DNA from: Bdellovibrionota bacterium
GTDB taxonomy: Bacteria; Bdellovibrionota_C; UBA2361; JAAYZI01
Assembly: GCA_050950765.1 (NCBI GenBank)
Contig: JBMNIF010000001.1
Span: forward strand, 64,001 to 128,000
Length of the DNA: 64,000 nt
Reading direction: 5' to 3'
Under the pieces are notes generated by a model that saw only the letters and a program-made list of their open reading frames with translations, did not search any database and had not been told where the DNA came from. Position 1 is the stretch's first letter, and each line of letters opens with the position of its first letter. The translations under genes and the position numbers were made by a program. Shown piece after piece: positions 1 through 10,670 of the stretch.

Positions 1-1141
1 CGGAGAACCTTAAATAAGCACCTGCATCATCCCAAGGCACGGTACAGATAGATTTCTCTTTAATCCAATATTGAGAGAACTCTTCAGCAGAATTAAATAC
101 GCTACCACCTTCTATCCCTGACGGAGCTTTGCAATATAAGAAGTACGTTCCACCAGGCATCGTTGCTTTAAAGCCTATGGAGGTAAGTGTTGCAACCAAT
201 TTTTTTAAACGTCTCTCATATTTTGTGCGAACCATAACGGGGATGCTTTCATCTTTTAGAGCTTGCACTGCTGCTTTCTGAATGGCAATGAATTGTCCGC
301 TATCGCAGTTGTCTTTAACATCAGCAAAGGCGTTGACGATCTTAGCGTTACCAGCTACGAAACCTAGTCGCCAACCGATCATGTTAAACCCTTTACTCAT
401 GGAGTGTACTTCAACACCAACATCTTTTGCTTCAGGTATCTGTAAAAAGCTGAGAGGTTTTTTCTGATACGTTAAAACGATGTGAGCTGCATCATGCACC
501 ACAACGATACGGTGTTGTTTAGCAAAAGCGATCACCTCTTCAAAAAACTTTTCAGTAGCTAAGACACCTGTTGGGCTGTTCGGATAATTTATCACTAGAA
601 GTTTGGCGCGCTCGAGGATGGTGTCTGGAATCGCTTTTAAATCAGGGAAGAAGTTGTTTTTTTCTTCTAACTTTAAATTATAAACTTCACCGCCGTAGTA
701 TTTTGTGTGAGTTCCTGCAACAGGATAACCAGGAACTGTCATTATTGTTACATCACCTTGATTGATAAAAGCTGCTGGAAGCATGGCGAGAGCGGTTTTA
801 GAACCCATGCAGTGATTAATCTCACTTTTCGGATCAAGAGTTACGCCATACTCTCTCTGCATAAACTCGGCGCAGGCATCCTTATATTCTTGGATGCCGT
901 TATCAGCATAACCGCGATTCTCGAGTTTGGAAGCTTCTTCAGCTAAAGCTTCTCGAACGGGAAGTGGTGCCATATCATCATTTTCTCCGATACCGAAATC
1001 TAAAAGTTCACGATCGGGAAAGTTTGCTTTCGCAGTTCTCTTAGCGCGTTTTATCTTTTCAAACTTATAAATATCGTTTGTTTTACCATAATTACGACCA
1101 CCGATACGGTTTGCGAAGAGTTCTTGAAAATATGGATCCAT
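1..1141 (-). CDS. dapL: LL-diaminopimelate aminotransferase (class I/II PLP aminotransferase), 3' end runs off the window
   Basis: Not in the ORF track. Manual translation from ATG at 1141: MDPYFQELFANRIGGRNYGK...YKFEKIKRAK...DFGIGEND...GSKTALA...PGYP...NYPNSPTG...DAAH...HSMSKGFNMIGWRLGF (PLP lysine motif); frame open to the window edge. Confidence 0.85.
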   Translation of the reverse strand, partial: MDPYFQELFANRIGGRNYGKTNDIYKFEKIKRAKRTAKANFPDRELLDFGIGENDDMAPLPVREALAEEASKLENRGYADNGIQEYKDACAEFMQREYGVTLDPKSEINHCMGSKTALAMLPAAFINQGDVTIMTVPGYPVAGTHTKYYGGEVYNLKLEEKNNFFPDLKAIPDTILERAKLLVINYPNSPTGVLATEKFFEEVIAFAKQHRIVVVHDAAHIVLTYQKKPLSFLQIPEAKDVGVEVHSMSKGFNMIGWRLGFVAGNAKIVNAFADVKDNCDSGQFIAIQKAAVQALKDESIPVMVRTKYERRLKKLVATLTSIGFKATMPGGTYFLYCKAPSGIEGGSVFNSAEEFSQYWIKEKSICTVPWDDAGAYLRFS

Positions 1142-1280
1142 CTTTTGCCAATAAATAAAAAATATCAAAATAGAGAGAGCGCCCCGAGCAAGTCGTATTG
1201 ATCGCTTCAATATAATAGGGGCTCCTAAAGTGTCTTAATCATACGAACCCTCCGTAGCCTTTGCAATTGAGAATTTATTA

Positions 1281-1567
1281 ACACCCTTTGGGGACAATCG
1301 AACGGGCTGCAACTAAAAAACGAATCAGCTAGATTTTGACGGAGGTAAAAGTACTTTTTAAGGACAATAGAAGGGGCTGTTATTAAAAACGAGTCAGCTA
1401 GATATTTACGGAGGTAAAAAGCGCTCTTTATGGACAATAGAAGGGGCTGCTATTAAAAAACGAATCAGCTAGATCTTTACGGAGGTAAAAAATTAACATT
1501 TTTTAAGGACGCTCGAACGGGCTGCTACTGCAAAACGAATCGGTTAGGTTTTGACGGAGGTAAAAAA
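1281..1567 (+). repeat. Repeat family A, array 1 (4 degenerate units, period 70/70/75 bp)
   Basis: GGAC at 1292, 1362, 1432, 1507, each followed by variants of ...GGGCTG..A.TAAAAA.CGAATCAGCTAGAT.TT.ACGGAGGTAAAA. Confidence 0.9.
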
Positions 1568-1911
1568 AGTTAGGTATCTTCTTATGGGGGGGACTTGTTA
1601 AGGAGGTTAATATTTGGAGCTCTGAACCTTTAAAAGTGTAGTACCTTAATAATTTTAATAGGTTAAATTATAGAATCGGTTAAAGGGGGGTCTTCTTTTT
1701 AAGAAAACTATTCATGGAAAATTGATAATTAAATGATTTAAATTTAAAAAAACCTTGCTATAGTGTGGCAAACTAGAAAACTTTTGATGGAAAAGTGCGA
1801 GAACTTGTGCATAGTTGTGCCGTGGTTGGTGCAAAAGTGTGCGTGTGCTTTAGAAATAAAGGTGACCATGCGCTGTATTTTAATGCTTTTTATATATGAG
1901 GATATAATCAG

Positions 1912-2376
1912 ATGGGAGTAAATAAAGTTATTCTGATCGGTAATTTGGGAAGAGATCCTGAAGTTCGTTATACTACTGAAGGAACGGCGGTGGCTACAAT
2001 CGCCCTTGCAACGGGAGAGAGGAGAAAAGATTCATCAGGACAGTGGGTTGATCATACGGAGTGGCATCGTTTGGTTTGCTTCGGCAAGTTAGCGGATTTT
2101 GCAAAAAATTACCTTAAAAAAGGTACTCAGGTTTATGTCGAAGGACGTTTAAGAACAAATAAGTGGCAAGATAAAGAGGGGAAAGATCGTTATACTACGG
2201 AGATCGTAGTGGCAACGATTCAATTTGTCGGCTCTAAGAGAGATAGCCAAGAGGGTGCTCCAGAAATGGATAGTTTTGCAATGCCTGCGGGGTTACAGTC
2301 AGCCGATTCTTTGGAGGCATCTTCTGAAATGGATCCTATCTCATCATCTTTTGATGATGATGATGTGCCGTTTTAA
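1912..2376 (+). CDS. ssb: Single-stranded DNA-binding protein
   Basis: [35 protein letters not shown], acidic tail DDDDVPF. Confidence 0.98.
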   Translation: MGVNKVILIGNLGRDPEVRYTTEGTAVATIALATGERRKDSSGQWVDHTEWHRLVCFGKLADFAKNYLKKGTQVYVEGRLRTNKWQDKEGKDRYTTEIVVATIQFVGSKRDSQEGAPEMDSFAMPAGLQSADSLEASSEMDPISSSFDDDDVPF

Positions 2377-2400
2377 GATTAGGTACAGTGCTGTAAAGAG

Positions 2401-2424
2401 TAGCGCGGCTTTTTAGCCGCGCTA
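2401..2424. terminator. Perfect 10-bp hairpin between ssb and nadB (terminator or mRNA stabiliser)
   Basis: TAGCGCGGCT-TTTT-AGCCGCGCTA followed by TTTG. Confidence 0.55.
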
Positions 2425-2461
2425 TTTGTATACGAACTGTGTATTCTTGTATCTTCGTTCT

Positions 2462-4045
2462 ATGTATCATTTTGATTTTTTAGTTATCGGTGGCGGAATT
2501 GCGGGTCTTACTTTTGCTTTGAAAGTAGCGAAAAAAGGTAGTGTCGCCGTGCTTTTTAAGCGTGATGTTGAGGAATCTTCAACTGCGGGAGCACAAGGAG
2601 GAGTAGCTGCCGTTACAAGCGCTGATGATGATTACAATCTGCATATTGAAGATACATTAGTAGCTGGCGCAGGGTTATGTAAACGTGATGTGGTTGAAGT
2701 TGTTGTCAGGGAAGGTCCTGAGAGAGTTAAAGAATTAATTCAGTTGGGCGCCACTTTTGATAAAGTGGATGACAATACATATCATTTACACCGCGAAGGC
2801 GGACACTCAAGGCGGCGCATCTATCACATGGCTGACTCAACGGGGTTTGAGATTCAACGAGCGTTACTAAAACATGCTGAGAATAATCCGAACATCACTT
2901 TTTTCCATCATGCCAGTGCTATCGATCTAATCTCTGCAAGAAAATTAGGCTTGAAAGGTTTTAGTTCCGATAGGGTGCTTGGTGCGTACGTTTATATGAA
3001 AGATGAGAGTGTGCAGATCTTTGCTGCGGATAAGATTCTTGTAGCAACTGGTGGTGCTGGAAAGGTTTATCTCTATACATCAAATCCGGATGTTGCTTCT
3101 GGTGATGGAATCGCCATGTGTTATCGCGCTGGTGTGCCTGTTGCCAATATGGAGTTTTTTCAATTTCATCCGACCTGCTTGTATCATCCGCAAGCTAAAA
3201 GCTTTTTAATTACAGAGGCGATGCGTGGCGAAGGTGCTGTATTAAAGCGTATTAATGGCGAAAGATTTATGCCGAAGTATCATGAATTGGCAGAGCTTGC
3301 GCCGCGTGATGTTGTAGCACGTGCTATCGACCATGAAATGAAGGTGCATGGTGAGGATCATGTTTTGTTGGATATCTCACATCGAGATAGTGATTTTATA
3401 AAAGAACATTTTCCAACAATTTATGAACGGTGCAAAACATTTGGATTCGACTTAACTACGGAACCTATCCCCGTTGTTCCGGCGGCGCACTATTTATGCG
3501 GCGGAGTTGTGACGGATCTAAATGCGGCAACGTGTCTGGAAAATTTATATGTTGCAGGTGAAACAGCTTGCACAGGCTTGCACGGTGCTAATCGTTTAGC
3601 GAGTAATTCATTATTAGAAGGGCTTGTTTTTGCGTATCGTGCCGCTGAAGATGCTATTTCTAAGTTTTCAGGGGAGCATCACACTTATCAGATTCCGGAA
3701 TGGGATGCGGGTAACGCTGTAAATAGTGATGAGGCGGTAGTCGTGACTCAAAATTGGGATGAGATTCGACGCTTGATGTGGAATTATGTCGGGATCGTTA
3801 GAAGTGACAAACGGCTGGAGCGTGCATTGAGGCGTAATGATCTGATCGGAAAAGAGATTAACGAATATTATTGGAATTTTAAGATTAGCCCTGATCTACT
3901 TGAATTGAGGAATTTGTCGCTAGTGGCAGACTTGGTGATCCGTTCTGCTATGGCGAGAAAAGAGAGTCGTGGTTTACATTACAATATCGATTATCCGGAA
4001 AAATCCGCAGTGATTAAAGATACAGTCTTGTATCCGATGATTTAA
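2462..4045 (+). CDS. nadB: L-aspartate oxidase
   Basis: GGGIAG FAD motif, AQGG, EGGHS, QFHPT, LAPRD, HYLCGG, LHGANRLASNSLLEG, ESRGLHY; ATG 2462 preferred over upstream TTG 2426. Confidence 0.95.
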   Translation: MYHFDFLVIGGGIAGLTFALKVAKKGSVAVLFKRDVEESSTAGAQGGVAAVTSADDDYNLHIEDTLVAGAGLCKRDVVEVVVREGPERVKELIQLGATFDKVDDNTYHLHREGGHSRRRIYHMADSTGFEIQRALLKHAENNPNITFFHHASAIDLISARKLGLKGFSSDRVLGAYVYMKDESVQIFAADKILVATGGAGKVYLYTSNPDVASGDGIAMCYRAGVPVANMEFFQFHPTCLYHPQAKSFLITEAMRGEGAVLKRINGERFMPKYHELAELAPRDVVARAIDHEMKVHGEDHVLLDISHRDSDFIKEHFPTIYERCKTFGFDLTTEPIPVVPAAHYLCGGVVTDLNAATCLENLYVAGETACTGLHGANRLASNSLLEGLVFAYRAAEDAISKFSGEHHTYQIPEWDAGNAVNSDEAVVVTQNWDEIRRLMWNYVGIVRSDKRLERALRRNDLIGKEINEYYWNFKISPDLLELRNLSLVADLVIRSAMARKESRGLHYNIDYPEKSAVIKDTVLYPMI

Positions 4046-4319
4046 CTTTTGACAGGAAGCAGGATTGTCGGGATAAAAGCTAACAGATTCAAATCATTAC
4101 AGGAATAGTCTGATAGGAATAAGGTCTGATTTTTTTATGGCGCTTGTTGAGAATTGTCTAAAAGCTTGCTATAACTATGCGCCGTTAGAAGAGGTAACTG
4201 ATCTTACCGATAACTACTCATGATTCTTTAAAGAGTGCATGAGTTATTACTTTGATAGTAATATTCTAAGTAAATGATATTTGCTATTTTAATTATTTTA
4301 ATGAGTTAGGGGAAGAGAA

Positions 4320-4520
4320 ATGGGAGTTCCCAAAAAACGTACTACAAAATCAAGACGTAATCAGCGCAGATCTCACGATTCTTTAACAGCTGCACATCCT
4401 ATCATTTGTCCGAATTGTGGAGAAAGGGTTCTGCCGCATCATGTTTGTATGGCTTGCGGACAATATCGTGGAAAAACAATAATCGATATGTCTGAAGAGG
4501 ATACGACTCAAGAAAAGTAG
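4320..4520 (+). CDS. rpmF: 50S ribosomal protein L32 (Zn-ribbon form)
   Basis: MGVPKKRTTKSRRNQRRSH...CPNCG...PHHVCMACGQYRG. Confidence 0.97.
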   Translation: MGVPKKRTTKSRRNQRRSHDSLTAAHPIICPNCGERVLPHHVCMACGQYRGKTIIDMSEEDTTQEK

Positions 4521-4565
4521 AGACTACTTTTAGATAGTACGTTTTGAGATACATTCTTTAATTAT

Positions 4566-4593
4566 AAAAAGCGGGCACAACGACCCGCTTTTT
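4566..4593. terminator. Bidirectional intrinsic terminator
   Basis: AAAAAGCGGG-CACAACGA-CCCGCTTTTT between convergent rpmF and aminopeptidase. Confidence 0.8.
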
Positions 4594-4632
4594 GTGTTGC
4601 TTTTTTATAATCCAATTAACTAATGTTAGAGG

Positions 4633-5877
4633 TTAAAATGCCCAATCGCCGTTACGGAAGATGGCGACCTCTGTGCCGTCACTTTTAATGCCGGTGATAT
4701 TCAGGTCTTTTGTCCCTAACATAAAATCAACGTGTGTAACACTATCGTTAATGCCAGCGGCTAAAAGCTCTTCCTTTGTCATCTCCAGTCCGCCACTATA
4801 ACAGTCAGGGAAGCCTCTACCGATCGCCATATGACAACTAGCATTTTCATCAAAGAGGGTGTTTAAGAAGAGCACCCCTGTTTCTCTAATCGGATTGTTA
4901 TAAGGGACTAGCGCCACCTCTCCAAGATGCTTTGCGCCCTCATCAATTTCAATAATCTCTTTTAAGGTGTCATAACCTTTCTCTGCTCGGTAGTCAGTAA
5001 TTCTACCGTCTTTAAAGGTGATGGAAAAATTTTCTATTAACGTTCCGCAGTGATTAAGGGGCATGGACGAAAAAACAACACCATCAGCACGATTCCTATC
5101 AGGAGAGGTGTAAATTTCTTCTGTTGGGATATTTTTGAAAAAATAAGTACCGTCAACTGTTTCTGCACCTACGTCACGCCAATTTGAAGCAGCGGTTAAC
5201 CCTACGGTGATATCTGTGCCTAAGGAATTTTTATAGTGCAAACGATCAAACTTCTGTTTGTTAAGCCAAGCTTTACGCACTGTAAAACTATTTTTATGTG
5301 CTTTCCAAGCTGCAATAGGATCGGGCGTATTAACGCGTGTTGTAGTAAAGATAGCTTGCCAAAGTTTCTCTATGGCTTTCGCTTCTGTTAGATTTGGGAA
5401 GACCTGTTTTGCCCAAGCTGGACTGGCAGCACCGGCGATACACCAAACATTTTTCCCAAAATCAATCCCATTCCGCCAATCTTTACAAGCTGTATGTGCA
5501 GCTTTTCTAAAGGTAGCGATCTTTTTTTGATCAACTCCCGCGAAAGCTTTCGGATCTTCAGCAGTAATGAAGAGTAGGGCAGCACCACGTTTTGCTACGC
5601 CGTTCTGTAAGAGAGCTTGCCAATCAGGAAAAATTTCAAACGCTGCTAGCGGCTTACTATCGTAACTTATTTTTGAGACTACTTCATCTGTATATCTTAC
5701 GATGACATCTTTCGCACCTTGCTCATAAGCTTCTTTTACAAGCTTACGTACAAGATCTGAATTTGCGATATCTGATGCGATGAAAAGTTCTTGATCTGCT
5801 TTTAAGTTACATCCGGCACGGATCAGAAGTCGTGCATATTTTTCAAGACTTTCCTCTAAATTAAATTGAGACGACAT
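4633..5877 (-). CDS. Aminopeptidase, M29 (AmpS/PepS/AmpT) family
   Basis: LEKYARLL, NIPTEEIYTSP, LGEVALV, LFDENASCHMAIG, INDSVTHVDFMLG. Confidence 0.92.
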   Translation of the reverse strand: MSSQFNLEESLEKYARLLIRAGCNLKADQELFIASDIANSDLVRKLVKEAYEQGAKDVIVRYTDEVVSKISYDSKPLAAFEIFPDWQALLQNGVAKRGAALLFITAEDPKAFAGVDQKKIATFRKAAHTACKDWRNGIDFGKNVWCIAGAASPAWAKQVFPNLTEAKAIEKLWQAIFTTTRVNTPDPIAAWKAHKNSFTVRKAWLNKQKFDRLHYKNSLGTDITVGLTAASNWRDVGAETVDGTYFFKNIPTEEIYTSPDRNRADGVVFSSMPLNHCGTLIENFSITFKDGRITDYRAEKGYDTLKEIIEIDEGAKHLGEVALVPYNNPIRETGVLFLNTLFDENASCHMAIGRGFPDCYSGGLEMTKEELLAAGINDSVTHVDFMLGTKDLNITGIKSDGTEVAIFRNGDWAF

Positions 5878-5926
5878 GAGATTTTTTCCCCTTTTTAATA
5901 CCGTTATTAGTTTAATAGTTATTAGA

Positions 5927-7381
5927 TTAATCTACTTTGCAGACGTGCATCTCACTTGTGCCTGATTTGGCGCTTAATCCGCCTGTAATAACTGCGATGG
6001 AGCCTGCTTTCAATTGCCCCTTCTCTTTTAGAAGAGCAAAAAGGCGTTGATAGGAATCAGGATCGCTGAGGCTGACCTGTTCACCTAAGATGGGGTCTAC
6101 ACCTCTATACAACGCCATGCGTTGCAACGTACGTTTATCATCGGAAACAGCAGTAATTACCTGTTCCGGACGATATTTGGCTAAAAGTCTGGCAGTGGCA
6201 CCGCTACAAGTCGGTGCGATTAGCGAATCAGCATTAATGCGTTCTGCTGCACCAACAGCAGCGAACGCTAAGGCATCAGGAACCGTAGTGGAGCCAGCGT
6301 TACTGACGAAGCTTCTATGCGCTTTACTGTCGTAGTGTTGTTCAATCTCATAAGCTATTGAGCGCATATATTCAACGCAAGCGATGGGGTGTCGACCGAT
6401 GGCGGTTTCTCCGGAGAGCATAACGGCATCCGCACCAAGTCCAACGGCAAAAGTAATATCTGTCACCTCTGCTCTGGTTGGACGACTTTCCGTTATCATT
6501 GATTGCAACATCTCTGTTGCAACAATAACAGGGATGCCCCGTTTATTGCCTTTGCGGATCAACATACGTTGTATTCCAGGAACTTTTTCAACTGGTATCT
6601 CTACACCTAAGTCACCCCGTGCAACTAAAATACCATCACTGACATCAAGGATCTCATCAATACATTCAAGCGCTACGCGACGTTCTATCTTTGGAATAAA
6701 ACGGAGCTCTTTACCGGCGTTTTGTGCTATTTCGCGTAGACGAGTAATATCCGCTGCGTTTTGTACAAAAGATACAGCAACGTAATCGATGTCGTGTTGA
6801 AGCCCCCACTCTAAATCTTTCAGATCCTTTTCAGTTGTTGCAGGTAAGTTCATATCGCTATCAGGAAAGGCGATCCCTGCGTGTGAACGGACTTCACCAC
6901 CTTCTGTAACTTTACAGATGACAGAATCTGATTTTATATCTTCAACGATTAACTCGATAGTGCCATCGTGTAGCAAAACTCGCTCTCCCCGTTTTAGCAC
7001 AGTAGTCGGATCAATTATCTTTAAATAAAGTTTGGTGTTAAGAGAAGGGAGATCGCCGTACGCTATTTCGATAATTGAATTGGTTGGAAGTTGAATATTA
7101 GTATTATTTTCCATAGCAGTAAGGCGCATCTTCGGACCGCAAAGATCTTGCATCACTGCAACAGGTTGTGACAACTCTTCAGAAGCTTGTCGTATTGCTT
7201 GAAGTGCAGAGGCGTGTTCGTCATAATTTCCATGAGAAAAGTTAAGACGAAAAACATCGACTCCAGCGATTATTAGGTTTCTGACAATTTCTAATTCTCT
7301 GGAAGCTGGACCAATTGTGGCGACAATTTTTGTTTTTACAAAAGGTTGCTTCTCTGGGCTTGTTAATTTAGAAAACAACAT
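5927..7381 (-). CDS. pyk: Pyruvate kinase
   Basis: TKIVATIGPAS, RLNFSHG, DLCGPKMR, VARGDLGVE, PTRAEVTD, DAVMLSGETA. Confidence 0.97.
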   Translation of the reverse strand: MLFSKLTSPEKQPFVKTKIVATIGPASRELEIVRNLIIAGVDVFRLNFSHGNYDEHASALQAIRQASEELSQPVAVMQDLCGPKMRLTAMENNTNIQLPTNSIIEIAYGDLPSLNTKLYLKIIDPTTVLKRGERVLLHDGTIELIVEDIKSDSVICKVTEGGEVRSHAGIAFPDSDMNLPATTEKDLKDLEWGLQHDIDYVAVSFVQNAADITRLREIAQNAGKELRFIPKIERRVALECIDEILDVSDGILVARGDLGVEIPVEKVPGIQRMLIRKGNKRGIPVIVATEMLQSMITESRPTRAEVTDITFAVGLGADAVMLSGETAIGRHPIACVEYMRSIAYEIEQHYDSKAHRSFVSNAGSTTVPDALAFAAVGAAERINADSLIAPTCSGATARLLAKYRPEQVITAVSDDKRTLQRMALYRGVDPILGEQVSLSDPDSYQRLFALLKEKGQLKAGSIAVITGGLSAKSGTSEMHVCKVD

Positions 7382-7457
7382 AATATTAGATCCGTATAAA
7401 ATATAAGATTAAATAAATTATGATTAAAACAGAGGAATTTTTATCTTGTTATTAACA

Positions 7458-9110
7458 TCAGGTAATAACAGTAGGTTTATCTACTCCACAAAATTCCTTC
7501 AATTTTAAAAGTTGTAACATCGCTGTTTGATAAGGCTTAAGAACCTCTTCCAAATTCGCATCGTACTTTTTGTTGTAGACATCATGATAGATCCTAAGAG
7601 TAGCGCCACTCGTGCCGGTACCAGACAAACGGCAGATCACTCTACTACCATTATCAAGAATAATTCTTATACCTTGATTTTTTGTTACGGTATTTGTAAC
7701 AGGGTCTTCATAACAAAAATCATCAGCTTTAATAACGCTACGTCCTGCAAAAGGTTGCTTCTTTAAACCAGATAGCTGTCCGCGCAGATGAGATATCATC
7801 TTTTGTGCTTTAGCAGAATTAAGTTCTTCGTAATCATGACGTTGAAAATAGTTTCTGCCGTATTGTGACCAGTGCTGTAAGACGATATCTTCTACGGATT
7901 TGCCGCTTTTTGCGAGGATTGTGAGCCATGCTAAAACCGCCCAAATACCATCTTTTTCACGAACATGATCGGAACCTGTGCCGAAACTCTCTTCTCCGCA
8001 GATGGTACATTTCCCAGCATCCATCAGGGTAACAAAAAACTTCCAACCTGTTGGCGTTTCATAATGCGGAATCTGAAGCCTCTCTGCTACTAGATCAACC
8101 GCCATGCTGGTAGGCATAGAACGCGCTACACCAGCCAATCCGTTACGGTATCCAGGGATATAACGTGTGGCGTTAGCAACAAGGATCGCTAAAGAATCAC
8201 CAGGAGTGACAAAAAGTCCTCGTCCTAAAATAAGGTTACGATCGCCGTCGCCGTCGCTGGCAGCACCGAAATCAGGAGCATTCGGTGCGTACATCCTTTG
8301 CACCAATTCAGCAGCGTATTTTAAGTTTGGATCGGGGTGTAAACCTCCGAAGTCTTCCAGAGGTGTGCCGTGTAGAACTGTGCCGACGGGAGCTTTTAAA
8401 ATATCCTCAAAGATGTGTTTAGCGTAAGGTCCTGTGACGGCGTTCATGGCATCAAAATTAAACCTAAATACTCCGGAAAAGAGTGCTCGAATAGCATCAA
8501 AATCGAAGATCTTTTCCATTAAAGAGGTATAAGTTGTTAACGGGTCAAAAACGACGACTTCCGTATTCTTTGCTTTAAAAGTGCCCATCTGAGAGAGGTC
8601 GATATCTGGAAACTCTACGGTTAAATAAGTTGTAATATCTTTTGTGCGTGCAAAGATTTTTTCTGTCATCTCTTGCGGAGCAGGACCGCCACTACTCGGA
8701 TTGAATTTAATGCCGAAATCTCCATCTGCACCACCAGGGTTGTGGCTGGCTGATAAGATAAATCCACCGAGAGCGTTATTTTCTCTGATTACGGCAGAAG
8801 CTGCCGGTGTGGAAAGGATACCGTCTTTTGCAACCATAACGCGACCGAACTCATTGGCGACCGCCATTTTTACGATAGTTTGAATTGCAACTGAATTAAA
8901 AAAACGTCCATCACCACCCACGACTAAGGTGTGATCCTGAAATTGATCAGGAAAATCCATATAGAGAACATCAAAGGTTGATTGAACAAAGTTTTCTAAA
9001 TAATTTTGCTGCATAAAGACAGCAGTCTTTTTTCGTAACCCCGAAGTTCCAGGTTGTTGATCTTGAAACGGGATAGTGTGGATTGTAATTGGTGTTAAGT
9101 CTGGTCTCAT
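7458..9110 (-). CDS. pgm: Phosphoglucomutase (alpha-D-glucose phosphate specific)
   Basis: PGTSGLRKK, SASHNPGG (catalytic Ser), SDGDGDRN, CGEESFG, RLSGTG. Confidence 0.95.
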   Translation of the reverse strand: MRPDLTPITIHTIPFQDQQPGTSGLRKKTAVFMQQNYLENFVQSTFDVLYMDFPDQFQDHTLVVGGDGRFFNSVAIQTIVKMAVANEFGRVMVAKDGILSTPAASAVIRENNALGGFILSASHNPGGADGDFGIKFNPSSGGPAPQEMTEKIFARTKDITTYLTVEFPDIDLSQMGTFKAKNTEVVVFDPLTTYTSLMEKIFDFDAIRALFSGVFRFNFDAMNAVTGPYAKHIFEDILKAPVGTVLHGTPLEDFGGLHPDPNLKYAAELVQRMYAPNAPDFGAASDGDGDRNLILGRGLFVTPGDSLAILVANATRYIPGYRNGLAGVARSMPTSMAVDLVAERLQIPHYETPTGWKFFVTLMDAGKCTICGEESFGTGSDHVREKDGIWAVLAWLTILAKSGKSVEDIVLQHWSQYGRNYFQRHDYEELNSAKAQKMISHLRGQLSGLKKQPFAGRSVIKADDFCYEDPVTNTVTKNQGIRIILDNGSRVICRLSGTGTSGATLRIYHDVYNKKYDANLEEVLKPYQTAMLQLLKLKEFCGVDKPTVIT

Positions 9111-9324
9111 ATATTTTTACCTACAATATTCAATAATCTGATATCGATCATCATACTATCTAAGAGAGAGTGGATATCAAATTGTACTTTCTGTTCTATT
9201 ATTGATGTATGTTCGGCAGAGAGCAATTCCGAAAATATCTCTTTATTAGAAAAAAGGTGTTTTTTTTGTAAGATAGTTTTATTGTGCGTGTGATTTTAAT
9301 AAAGAATTACAGCCGTTATGAGGG

Positions 9325-9726
9325 TTATTGCAAGGTATGTTTTTGATACTCAGAGCATGAAGCCGTTACGGCGTTGTCACGAAGCGTGTCGTTACATTGT
9401 TTGATTTTTTGTATAACGATCTTTCGGCGTTGTCCCAATTTAATAGCTTTTGCTACTTCTTGAGTCATAAAGGTGCGAGGGAAGATGATGTCTTCTCCAG
9501 CTCGATAACCGCAACCTTTTTTTGTAACACGTCCTGTGAGCTGCATTAAGCAGAGCATATTTTGTGGGAGTCCGGCGCACCGTCTTTCATCTATCTGCAT
9601 AAGTTTTATATTAAGTGTGCAAGTGTCTGCGGGAACGGGGGTGGTAGGATCTGCTGCGTTCGCTGAAAAGAACGACAAGAGGGTAGTTAAGAGTATAAAT
9701 AAAAACTGTTTTATTTTTTGTGTCAT
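9325..9726 (-). CDS. Small secreted Cys-containing hypothetical protein
   Basis: Signal peptide (FLFILLTTLLSFFSANA), 6 Cys; co-oriented downstream of yaeQ. Confidence 0.6.
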   Translation of the reverse strand: MTQKIKQFLFILLTTLLSFFSANAADPTTPVPADTCTLNIKLMQIDERRCAGLPQNMLCLMQLTGRVTKKGCGYRAGEDIIFPRTFMTQEVAKAIKLGQRRKIVIQKIKQCNDTLRDNAVTASCSEYQKHTLQ

Positions 9727-9764
9727 TATTAAAAAGTTAAAATTAAAATCTTACCAACATTGGC

Positions 9765-10346
9765 TTAGCAATTACCGATACTCAACTGATAGTGTGACCA
9801 GATGTTAAGTGTAGTGATAGCTGAATGAAACTCCTTACCATCAATTAGGAGATAAACAGCACCATCGATAATGGTTACTTCCCAATTGGAACGCACCTCG
9901 AGAGTTTCGGAAAGGTCTTGCATAAAATTATTGTCAATCTGATAAAATTCAATTTTTTCAACCCAATTAGTGGCAGCGCCACGCATACATTCATGGCAAA
10001 AAAGGTTTACTTGATCATTTTGAAAGAAATAGACGCGACAGAGGCATTGAGGATCGCACGAGGCGTGGTATAGACGTTTTTTTTCAGGGTTTCCTACTTC
10101 AATCCAGAGGGTGGGGTCTCCTAAGAAATCTTTACTCCAAATTGCTGGTTGCTTCGGATCAAAAAGTCCTTGAGTAAACTCTATGCCATCAGTATAGCTG
10201 TGAATAAAAGCAAGAACGCGTGAAAGCATGTATTCTATCGTTTCGTTGGGGTGTTTTGCAGCTTTTATTCTGAGTTGCAGGTACTGATTCCGATCGGTAT
10301 CGGTCAGGTTGATTGCAAATGTATAAAGACCATCAATAAAAGCCAT
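9765..10346 (-). CDS. yaeQ: YaeQ family protein
   Basis: D.DR..Y, AKHPNETIEYMLSRVLAF, FTQGL...PAIW, LWIEVGNP. Confidence 0.85.
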   Translation of the reverse strand: MAFIDGLYTFAINLTDTDRNQYLQLRIKAAKHPNETIEYMLSRVLAFIHSYTDGIEFTQGLFDPKQPAIWSKDFLGDPTLWIEVGNPEKKRLYHASCDPQCLCRVYFFQNDQVNLFCHECMRGAATNWVEKIEFYQIDNNFMQDLSETLEVRSNWEVTIIDGAVYLLIDGKEFHSAITTLNIWSHYQLSIGNC

Positions 10347-10352
10347 CTTTTC

Positions 10353-10583
10353 TCACTCAAAACGAACAGGCACCCAATTGCGTTTAGCGCAAGCGCTTTC
10401 AGGGCATACGAAAACAGGTTCATCTAGATTAGGGATTAGATTGCGCACAAACCTTTTGCCACATGCGCCACATTCAATAATAACTTTCGTAGGAAATACT
10501 TCAAAGTATTTAGGAACGATAGCATTTTTCTGAGCTGCGCGGAGCCGCCACTCCTCTTTTTTCTGTGGGCTAGGTTCTGTCAT
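10353..10583 (-). CDS. Small zinc-ribbon hypothetical protein
   Basis: CGACG...CPESAC...NWVP; 6 bp upstream of yaeQ, same strand. Confidence 0.7.
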   Translation of the reverse strand: MTEPSPQKKEEWRLRAAQKNAIVPKYFEVFPTKVIIECGACGKRFVRNLIPNLDEPVFVCPESACAKRNWVPVRFE

Positions 10584-10670
10584 CGATAAAATACACCTAA
10601 ATTAATTAATAGTGGGCGGCATTCTACCCTGAAAGGAGCAGCTGATAAACCCCCCCTCGAGGAAGGACTT

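Noticed and set aside
282..946. Three short plus-strand ORFs
   Set aside because: Antisense shadows of dapL on the minus strand
1225..1437. 70-aa minus-strand ORF (also 10994-11224 and 11022-11258)
   Set aside because: Chance frames through family A repeats, whose periods are mostly not multiples of 3
5258..8883. Short ORFs inside the aminopeptidase, pyk and pgm genes (and similar ones across the window)
   Set aside because: Shadow frames overlapping well-supported genes
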